64,000 bases of DNA from Oscillospiraceae bacterium (GTDB lineage: Bacteria; Bacillota; Clostridia; Oscillospirales; Oscillospiraceae): positions 10,517-74,516 of the forward strand of contig JAFXTU010000024.1 in the NCBI GenBank assembly GCA_017535635.1. The letters are read 5' to 3'. Positions 55,554 to 64,000 of the stretch are shown piece by piece. The notes under the pieces are model-generated. The model was given only the letters and a program-made list of their open reading frames with translations. It had not been told where the DNA came from and did no database searches. The stretch's first letter is position 1. Each line of letters begins with the position of its first letter. The translations under genes were made by a program, and so were the position numbers.

Positions 55554-55582
55554 ATTGTAGCGTCCGTGAACGGCGGAGGCAA
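55554..55582 (-). promoter_or_regulatory. Candidate glnA promoter
   Basis: Minus strand TTGCCT (55582-55577), 17-nt spacer, TACAAT (55559-55554). Confidence 0.5.
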
Positions 55583-55611
55583 GAGTTTTTCTGAAAAAAA
55601 CATATTATAGA

Positions 55612-55640
55612 TTGACTTTTCCTGTTTTCCGGCGTAGAAT
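55612..55640 (+). promoter_or_regulatory. Candidate pyrG promoter
   Basis: TTGACT (55612-55617), 17-nt spacer, TAGAAT (55635-55640). Confidence 0.55.
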
Positions 55641-55651
55641 CCCTATGTTGT

Positions 55652-57321
<1,670 letters not shown>

Positions 57322-57371
57322 AAAAGAGAAACGGCAGGACGCCTTCGCTTTTTTGGAAGCGGAGGCGTCCT
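57322..57371. terminator. Shared terminator between convergent pyrG and ppk1
   Basis: aggacgccttcgctt-ttttgg-aagcggaggcgtcct 15-bp stem (one G-U pair). On the minus strand it is followed by GCCGTTTCTCTTTTTT. Confidence 0.7.
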
Positions 57372-57411
57372 CTGAATCAATCGGAAGGATTCAATATCAA
57401 TTTTAACCCGT

Positions 57412-59604
57412 TCAGGCGTCGGGGCGGCCCTGCTTTTTGGAAAGACCCAGGGAGGAGAACAGTCGGGCAAATATGCTTTGCCGCTTGGGCTCCTCCGGGG
57501 GCAGCGGCTCCACCCGCCGGGCGGCAAAGTAGGCGTACAGCCGCTCCTGACTGTCGCCGCCCCGGGGAAACTCGGCCTTGCCGTAGCTCCCGTCCGGGCG
57601 CATCTCCCAGCCCTTCACGTCGTCCTGCCGGAAGGCCTCCATGACCTCCAGCACCTGTTCTTTTGTCTCCGGCGTGACTACCTCCGCAAAGGCCTCCACC
57701 CGACGCTGGGTGTTGCGGTTGAGCATGTCGCCGGAGCCCAGAAAGAGGCGCTGCTCCTCATCCCTGCCGAAAACGTAGATGCGGGAGTGCTCCAGATACC
57801 GGCCCACGACGCTGCGGACCCGGATGTGCTCGCTGTAGCCCGCCATTCCGGGGCGCAGGCAGCAGATGCCCCGGAGGAAGAGCTCCACCGTGACCCCCGC
57901 CCGGGAGCAGTCGATCAGTTTTGCCATGACGTCGATGTCGTTGAGGGAATTGGCCTTGATGGCCACGAAGCCCGCCGCTCCCTTTTCCTTTTCCCGGTCC
58001 AGGGAAGCCAGCAGCCAGGGCTTGAAGCCCGTGGGAGCGACGATGAGCTTTTCCCCCGGCTCCGGGACCTGGCCCTGCTCCAGGGCCTCAAAGACCTGGG
58101 CGGCGTCCCGCCCCGTCTGCTCGTCGGCGGTGATCAGGGAGAGGTCGCAGTATTGCTCGCTGGTGACCTCGTTGTAATTCCCGGTGCCGATCTGGGTGAT
58201 ATACTCCACTCTGTCGGTGCATTTGCGGGTGATGAGGCAGAGCTTGGAGTGGACCTTCTGCTCCGGCAGCCCGTAGATGACGGTGCAACCCGCCTCCTCC
58301 AGCATCTCGCTGTAGTCGATGTTGTTCTTCTCGTCAAAGCGGGCCCGCAGCTCCAGCAGGCAGAGCACGTCCTTCCCCTGGTCCGCCGCGTAGGCCAGAG
58401 CGGCGGCCAGCTTGCTGCTTGCCGCGAGGCGGTAGAGGGTGATGCGGATGGAGATGACCTCCGGGTCGTCCGCCGCCTCGTAAAGCAGCTCGATCATGGG
58501 GGTCATGCTCTGGTAAGGGAAGCTGAGCAGCAGATCCTTATGCTCCAGATAGCGGAAATACTCCCCCTTACGCAGCCCAACGGTGCGGGCGCTCCGCCGC
58601 TCGGGGAAGCGCCACCCCGGCGCAGCGCTCAGCGCCTCTCCGAAGCCGGTGCGGAAGGGGACGGAGGTGAGGAAGACCTGCCGTTCCGGTACCTTGAGCT
58701 GCTTGTCCAGCAGCTCCCGCAGATGCCGCTCCGGCTTCCCCAGGAGCTGCAGCCGGACGATCTGCTGGCGCTTGCGCTTTTTCAGCAGCTTCTCCATGCT
58801 GCTGCGAAAATCGTCGTCCTCCAGCAGGGCGTTTTCGTCGATAAAGACGTCGGCGTTGCGGGTGACGCGAAGGGTGCAGCTGTCCCGGACCTCGTGCTTT
58901 TTGAAGAGAAGGGGCGCGAAGTGGCGTACCAGCGCGTCGGTGAGGAGGACCTTTTGTTTTCCCTCCGCCTCGTAGACGCGGTACGCCGGCAGCCGGGAGA
59001 GGTAGATGAGCCCCAGGTTCAGCTTTTCCCGCCGGCGCAGGAGCACGGCCACATAGTCCTCCCGGTTGTCCAGAAAGGGCATGGGATGCTCCGCGTCCAC
59101 GATCCTGGCGGTGAGCAGCTGGCGGAATTCCGCAAAGACCTTCCGGGCGATGCTCTCGTCCACCTTGGAGATCCGGCGGAAGTCCACGATCTCGATCCCT
59201 GCGGCGCTCAGGTCCCGCAGCAGCCCGCGATAGATCGCCTGCACGGTCTCCTGCTGCCGCGTCACCTCCCGCATGATTCTGCGAAGCTGCACGGCGGTGG
59301 TCCAACCGGTCTTGGGGTCCGTATCCTCCGGCAGCAGGATGCCCCGGTGGATCAGTGCCCCCACCCGGACCATGAAGAATTCGTCCAGATTGCTCTGATA
59401 GATGGACAGGTATTTCAGCCGCTCCAGCAGGGGAACGGCGCTGTCTCCGGCCTCCCGCAGGACCCGGAGGTTGAACTGCAGCCAGCTCAGCTCCCGGTCG
59501 ATGAAGCACGCCGGGCCGATGGGCAGGGGAAGTGCCTCCGCTCCGGAGGAAGCCGGGTCCTGACCTGCTTCCGCTGTGTTTTGAAGGATATCTGCTTCCG
59601 CCAT
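57412..59604 (-). CDS. ppk1: Polyphosphate kinase 1
   Basis: 730 aa. N-terminus FIDRELSWLQFNLRVL. Two PLD-like HxK blocks (VHSKL and a later H..K). Confidence 0.95.
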   Translation of the reverse strand: MAEADILQNTAEAGQDPASSGAEALPLPIGPACFIDRELSWLQFNLRVLREAGDSAVPLLERLKYLSIYQSNLDEFFMVRVGALIHRGILLPEDTDPKTGWTTAVQLRRIMREVTRQQETVQAIYRGLLRDLSAAGIEIVDFRRISKVDESIARKVFAEFRQLLTARIVDAEHPMPFLDNREDYVAVLLRRREKLNLGLIYLSRLPAYRVYEAEGKQKVLLTDALVRHFAPLLFKKHEVRDSCTLRVTRNADVFIDENALLEDDDFRSSMEKLLKKRKRQQIVRLQLLGKPERHLRELLDKQLKVPERQVFLTSVPFRTGFGEALSAAPGWRFPERRSARTVGLRKGEYFRYLEHKDLLLSFPYQSMTPMIELLYEAADDPEVISIRITLYRLAASSKLAAALAYAADQGKDVLCLLELRARFDEKNNIDYSEMLEEAGCTVIYGLPEQKVHSKLCLITRKCTDRVEYITQIGTGNYNEVTSEQYCDLSLITADEQTGRDAAQVFEALEQGQVPEPGEKLIVAPTGFKPWLLASLDREKEKGAAGFVAIKANSLNDIDVMAKLIDCSRAGVTVELFLRGICCLRPGMAGYSEHIRVRSVVGRYLEHSRIYVFGRDEEQRLFLGSGDMLNRNTQRRVEAFAEVVTPETKEQVLEVMEAFRQDDVKGWEMRPDGSYGKAEFPRGGDSQERLYAYFAARRVEPLPPEEPKRQSIFARLFSSLGLSKKQGRPDA

Positions 59605-59647
59605 CTTCTCGATCTCCTCCTGGTCCTGAGCCGCAAGGCACCGCGGC

Positions 59648-61123
59648 TCAGTTCCGGTCTATGGCCTCTTCCAGCGCGTCGGCCACGATCCGCAGTACCT
59701 TGATCCGGGCGTAGAGCTTGTCGTTGGACTCAATGATGTGCCACGGGGCATAGGTCGTGGAGGTCTTGTCCAGCATCTCGGAGACCGCCTCCTCGTACTG
59801 GGGCCACTTCTCCCGGTTGCGCCAGTCCTCCTCGGTGATCTTCCACTGCTTCTCCGGGGTGTTCTGCCGGTTTTCAAAGCGCTGCAGCTGGGTCTCCCGG
59901 TCGATGTGGATCCAGAATTTCAGGACCACCGCGCCCCAGTCGTGGAGCTCCTCCTCGAATTCGTTGATTTCGTTGTAGGCCCGCTGCCAGTCTTCCTCCC
60001 GGCAGAAGCCCTCGATCCGTTCCACCATGACACGGCCGTACCAGGTCCGGTCGAAGATGGCGAAATGGCCGCTGCGGGGCAGACGCGTCCAGAAACGCCA
60101 GAGGTAGTGGCGCGCCAGCTCATGGGGCTCGGGGGAGGCGATGGGATAGACGTCGAAACCTCTGGGATCCAGGGGATAGGCCAGGCGGCGGATGTTGCCG
60201 CCCTTGCCGGCGGCGTCCCAGCCCTCATAGCAGATCACCACCGGGATCTTCTTCCGGTAGATCACATTGTGCAGACGGGAGAGCCTCTTTTGGAGCGCCT
60301 TCAGTTCCTCTTTGTATTCGTCCTTTTCCAGCTTCACGCTGAGATCGACTTCGGAAAGCCGGGGCATCTCCAGCAGGGGAAAGTCCTCCTCAAAGGCGGC
60401 GCCGTGCTGTTTCCCGGCGGCGGCGCCGGCGTCGATCAGCTCCGTGAGGAGCCGGAGGGCGTCGTATTTCAGGTGGTTCTTCTGGCTGCCGTCCAGAATG
60501 TGCCAAGGGGTGATCTCCCCGGTTTCGGCCATAAAGTCGTCATAGGCCTTCCGAAACGCGGAGTAGTCCTCATTCTGCCCCAGGTCGTAGGCGGAGACCC
60601 GCCACCTGGTGTCCTCCTCCGATCGCAGCTCCTTCAGGCGTTTTGCCTGCTCCTCACGGGAGATATTGACAAAGAGCTTCAGCAACAGATAGCCGTTGTC
60701 CCGAAGCTGCCGCTCGAAGCGGTTGACAGAGCGGAGAAGGCGGGCATAGTCCTTCTTCCCCAGCTTGCCGCCAAGCCTGGATTTGACTGCGGCCTCCATC
60801 CAGCCGCTGTCCATAAACAGCAGCTTCCCTTCCTCCGGGATGGCTTTGAAGAAGGGGTAAAGGAAGGGGTAGCGGTCCGCGTCCCGCAGGGCGCTGTCCG
60901 CGGAAAAAACGCTGGAAAAGCGCGGGTCCAGCTCGCTGATCAGGTCGTTGATCAGACCGCCCTTGCCTGCGGCTGCCCAGCCCTCCACCAGGACGATCAC
61001 CGGAAGCTTTTTATCCTTCAACTGGATCTGCTGTGCGGTGAGCTTTTCCTGGAGGCGCTTTGTCTCCGTCTTTCTCCGTTCCTTATCCAGCCCGTCCTCC
61101 GGGCGGGCGTATTCCTTCAGCAT
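59648..61123 (-). CDS. ppk2: Two-domain PPK2-family polyphosphate:nucleotide phosphotransferase (PAP-like)
   Basis: 491 aa with two PPK2 repeats, each with a Walker-A-like motif (VEGWAAAGKGG and YEGWDAAGKGG). Confidence 0.9.
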   Translation of the reverse strand: MLKEYARPEDGLDKERRKTETKRLQEKLTAQQIQLKDKKLPVIVLVEGWAAAGKGGLINDLISELDPRFSSVFSADSALRDADRYPFLYPFFKAIPEEGKLLFMDSGWMEAAVKSRLGGKLGKKDYARLLRSVNRFERQLRDNGYLLLKLFVNISREEQAKRLKELRSEEDTRWRVSAYDLGQNEDYSAFRKAYDDFMAETGEITPWHILDGSQKNHLKYDALRLLTELIDAGAAAGKQHGAAFEEDFPLLEMPRLSEVDLSVKLEKDEYKEELKALQKRLSRLHNVIYRKKIPVVICYEGWDAAGKGGNIRRLAYPLDPRGFDVYPIASPEPHELARHYLWRFWTRLPRSGHFAIFDRTWYGRVMVERIEGFCREEDWQRAYNEINEFEEELHDWGAVVLKFWIHIDRETQLQRFENRQNTPEKQWKITEEDWRNREKWPQYEEAVSEMLDKTSTTYAPWHIIESNDKLYARIKVLRIVADALEEAIDRN

Positions 61124-61275
61124 GGGGGATCCCCTCCTCGTTTGTCTTTATTTACCCTTATCATATCGGATTCTGACGGAAAAGGCAAATATTATTCATC
61201 CGACATGGACAATATATCCCTTTTATGGTATTCTTCTTCCTGAACAAATCGGAATGGACCCAGGAGGGAACAGGG

Positions 61276-62205
61276 ATGTTTTACGTATTCTCTCCGGAGG
61301 TGAGGGAGGTCCCGAAGCTCAGGACCGGGACGCTCACCGCCGGATACGTCCGCAGCGGGGAGCTGCAGCAGATCTACCGGCAGCTGGGCTTCGCCGACTC
61401 CACAGCGGAGGCCTGCCAGAACGCGAATATGTATTTTCGCTCCGGTGTGGAGGTCTACGACGACTACACCTTCACGGAGCTGCGCATCGTGGACCGGAAA
61501 AACCCGGAGGCGGAGGACGACTGCGTGGCCCTCTATATCAAAAAGGACCTTTTTCTGGTGGTGGACGTGCTGGATGAGGACCGGTCCACGGAGCAGAAGT
61601 TTCAGGCCGCCCTGCGCCGCTTCCCGGCCCAGAGCATGACCCTGGAAAAGCTGGTTTTTGCATTTCTGGAATCTCTGGTGGCGGGGGACATCGCCGTGTT
61701 GGAGAGCACCGGCTCCCAGATCGCCGATCTGGAGGAAACGGTCCTTCGGGGGGCGGCGGAGAAGGACTTCAACCTGACCCTGCTGGCGCTGAAAAACCGG
61801 CTCATGAAAGCCCACAACTATTATGAGCAGCTGCTGGACATCACAGAAGCGGTGGAAGAAAACGAAAACGAGCTCTTCGACTCCGAGAGCCTCCGGTATA
61901 TCTCCAACCTGAGTAACAAGGTCCAGCGCCTGCGGGAGGATGTGGACTCCCTCTCCAGCGCGGTGGTCCATCTGCAGGACGCCTACTCCGCCCAGCTGGA
62001 CATCCGCCTGAACCAGACCATGAAGTTCTTCACGGTCATCACCAGCATATTCTTCCCCCTGACCATCATCGTAGGCTGGTACGGGATGAACTTCCAGTCC
62101 ATGCCGGAATTCTACTGGCGCTTCGGCTACCTCTATGTGATCCTGCTTTCTATCGTCGTGGTGCTGGTTCTGGTCCTGATAGGGAAGAAGAAAAAGTGGT
62201 TCTGA
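61276..62205 (+). CDS. corA: CorA-family magnesium/cobalt transporter
   Basis: Start ATG 61276 behind CAGGAGGGA. GWYGMNF (GMN motif) and two C-terminal TM helices. Confidence 0.9.
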   Translation: MFYVFSPEVREVPKLRTGTLTAGYVRSGELQQIYRQLGFADSTAEACQNANMYFRSGVEVYDDYTFTELRIVDRKNPEAEDDCVALYIKKDLFLVVDVLDEDRSTEQKFQAALRRFPAQSMTLEKLVFAFLESLVAGDIAVLESTGSQIADLEETVLRGAAEKDFNLTLLALKNRLMKAHNYYEQLLDITEAVEENENELFDSESLRYISNLSNKVQRLREDVDSLSSAVVHLQDAYSAQLDIRLNQTMKFFTVITSIFFPLTIIVGWYGMNFQSMPEFYWRFGYLYVILLSIVVVLVLVLIGKKKKWF

Positions 62206-62236
62206 GCCCTGCCGCGGCAGATAGAAAGGGGATGCT

Positions 62237-62572
62237 ATGGAGCCGAAGATGAAACGCCGAATCTTCCTCTATGGGGGATTCACGGTCCTGCTGCTTTTGG
62301 CCGTTATGGCGGTCTTTATGCTTCATTCCTGGCTGGAGTACAGGATCATGGACAGTACCGAGAGGCTCAAGGCACAGCTTATGCAGGAATACCGGGTCTA
62401 CTCCTCTCAGCTCTTTGAGAAGATAGAAGTAAAGCGGCCCTGGCTCAGCCTGTCGCCGGAGAATTGGACGTTTGCCGTGACCTTTGCTTCCGACCATGAG
62501 ACCGTTCTGTATCGGCGAACGGAAAACGGGTTCGTGCCGGAAAGCGGCGAAGGAGCAAAGAACAGCGCATAG
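62237..62572 (+). CDS. Hypothetical membrane-anchored small protein
   Basis: 111 aa with SD GAAAGGGG. Has a single N-terminal TM (IFLYGGFTVLLLLAVMAVFML). No recognised motif. Confidence 0.55.
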   Translation: MEPKMKRRIFLYGGFTVLLLLAVMAVFMLHSWLEYRIMDSTERLKAQLMQEYRVYSSQLFEKIEVKRPWLSLSPENWTFAVTFASDHETVLYRRTENGFVPESGEGAKNSA

Positions 62573-62630
62573 CTGGTTATGTACCCTGAAAGAGGCGGCT
62601 CCGGGCCTACGGGCCCGATGACGAATAACG

Positions 62631-62663
62631 CAAAAGGGGCGCTGCCGGTCTGGCAGCGCCCCT
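62631..62663 (-). terminator. Rho-independent terminator of the flavin oxidoreductase gene
   Basis: aggggcgctgcc/ggcagcgcccct 12-bp stem followed by TTTTG on the minus strand. Confidence 0.7.
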
Positions 62664-62683
62664 GATGTAAGGTGCGATTTTGC

Positions 62684-64000
62684 TTAGATGTGGAGGCAGG
62701 CCTGGAACGCCTGGTTGACGGCCTCGGAGATGGTGCCCGCCTTGTTGTTGCAGTCGCCGATGATGGCGACGCTGGTCTCGGGGCAGGAATGACGGAGCTG
62801 GTCCACCAGGTCGAAGCGGGGACGGATGCCCATGGCCAGGAGCACGGTGTCGGCCTTGATCTCCTTGAGCTCGCCGGTCTTCACGTCCTTGGCAACGACG
62901 CAGTCGTCCTTGACCTCTTCCAGAGCCATGCCGTAGAAGGTGTCGAACTCCAGCTTCTCTTCCGCCTTTTTCTTCATCAGGTCGCTGGTGCCCCGGGTGC
63001 GGAACATGCTGGTCATCTGGTCCATCATCTCAATGACGGTGACCTTCTTGCCCTGCTCGGCGAAGTCGATGGCGGCCTCCAGACCAACCTGGCCCGCGCC
63101 GACAATGACGATCTCGTCGCCCACAGGGGCCAGACCGCGCTCGGCATCGGGCGCCCAGGAGACGTGAGGCTTGCGGATGCCGGGGATCTTGCCGGGCACG
63201 ATGGGCTCGGCGCCCACGGCGATGACGACAGCGTCATAGCCTTCCTTGTCCAGGATGTCCTTGGTGCACTCCAGGTTCAGGTAGATGCGGGCGCCCCGCT
63301 TGACGCACTGAGCCGCGGTGTGGCGCATCCACTTGAGGTAATCCCGAACGTCCACCTTGAAGGGAGGCGTGGCGGCGCCGATGACGTTGCCGCCCAGCTG
63401 GCCGCTCTTCTCGTAGAGGGTCACGTCATGTCCCCGGTCCAGCAGGGTCTGCAGGGCCTGGATGCCGCCGGGGCCGCCGCCCACGATGGCGACTCTCTTC
63501 TTCTTCCTGGCCTTGGGCACCACGCCGTCCCGCAGCTCGCTGGTCACGGCGGACATGGGGTTGATGGCGCAGTAGATGGGCTTGGGGATCATCAGGTGGT
63601 TCATGCAGGTGTTGCATCGCAGGCAGGGCCGCCGGTCCTCAGGCCGGTTTTCGGCGTACTTCTTGGGCATATCCGGGTCCGCCATCAGGGGACGGCACAT
63701 GCTCACGAAGTCGGCCCAGCCGTTGGCGATGATCTCCTCGGCGTAGTCGATGCTCATGATGGAGCCCACGGTGTTGACCAGCAGATCGGGGTAGGCCTTC
63801 TTGATGTCCCGGGCATAGTGGACGTTGAAGCAGTGGTCCATCAGATAGCTCTGGCACCAGTTGTTGAAGTAGGCCATGTTGAAGTCGGAGTGGAGGCCGG
63901 CGGAGACATGGAGGATGTCGATGTGATCCTTCAGGTAGCCGATGAGCTCCAGAGTCTCGTCAAAGTGCATGCCCTCGGGAGCGATCTCGTCGGCGGAGAT
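62684..64000 (-). CDS. NADH:flavin oxidoreductase (OYE TIM barrel fused to FAD/NAD(P)-binding domain, 2,4-dienoyl-CoA-reductase-like), 5' end outside window
   Basis: The frame stays open to the window edge. Has a CxxC..C Fe-S linker (RPCLRCNTC) and Rossmann motifs VAIVGGGPGG and IVIVGAGQVG. Confidence 0.85.
   Translation of the reverse strand: MSADEIAPEGMHFDETLELIGYLKDHIDILHVSAGLHSDFNMAYFNNWCQSYLMDHCFNVHYARDIKKAYPDLLVNTVGSIMSIDYAEEIIANGWADFVSMCRPLMADPDMPKKYAENRPEDRRPCLRCNTCMNHLMIPKPIYCAINPMSAVTSELRDGVVPKARKKKRVAIVGGGPGGIQALQTLLDRGHDVTLYEKSGQLGGNVIGAATPPFKVDVRDYLKWMRHTAAQCVKRGARIYLNLECTKDILDKEGYDAVVIAVGAEPIVPGKIPGIRKPHVSWAPDAERGLAPVGDEIVIVGAGQVGLEAAIDFAEQGKKVTVIEMMDQMTSMFRTRGTSDLMKKKAEEKLEFDTFYGMALEEVKDDCVVAKDVKTGELKEIKADTVLLAMGIRPRFDLVDQLRHSCPETSVAIIGDCNNKAGTISEAVNQAFQACLHI

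Noticed and set aside
61124-61275. Possible M-box (Mg2+) riboswitch upstream of corA
   Set aside because: The leader is too short (about 100 nt after any plausible promoter), and I could not find the extended multi-helix structure or a terminator.

Overview
High-GC (about 60-65% by eye) chromosomal segment from a sporulating Clostridia-type Firmicute. Supporting this are an intact pro-sigma-K gene, a split transketolase and a T-box-controlled trp operon, and the overall look is Oscillospiraceae/Ruminococcaceae-like. The window is densely packed and mostly core. It holds about 55 CDS and 2 tRNAs (Leu-UAA, Pro-CGG). It carries a complete trpEGDCFBA operon behind a Trp (UGG) T-box, glnA plus an ANTAR regulator, and pyrG with a leader terminator. 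Other core genes are ppk1-ppk2, corA, glyQS with a split tkt, mnmG-mnmA, hom with aspartate kinase, a NifS-like desulfurase, mtaB, serC-serA, trkH and gluQ. A small glycan/EPS locus and three transporter-less solute-binding lipoproteins are also present. I saw no rRNA, CRISPR array, transposase, integrase, phage genes or recognisable defence genes. The best candidate for something undescribed is a translationally coupled four-gene cassette at 2.3-6.5 kb. It encodes a degenerate PGI-fold protein, a GNAT, a radical-SAM-like enzyme with a non-canonical Cys motif, and a FliB/YkgJ-type Cys-cluster protein, with no pathway context around it. Secondary points follow. Three conserved genes cannot start at ATG/GTG/TTG (two CTG starts, one ACG exactly where ATG is expected). 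Two paralogous ~810-aa family-5 SBP-like proteins sit in tandem without an ABC partner. An operator-like palindrome lies in an SBP gene leader. The intergenic spacers are hairpin-dense and carry a recurring CGCTTCGCT 9-mer. There is also a membrane-domain/cytidylate-kinase-like fusion. All functional calls come from reading motifs in the supplied translations and the DNA; no database search or folding program was available. Most long ORFs on the opposite strand of real genes are high-GC shadow ORFs and were ignored.
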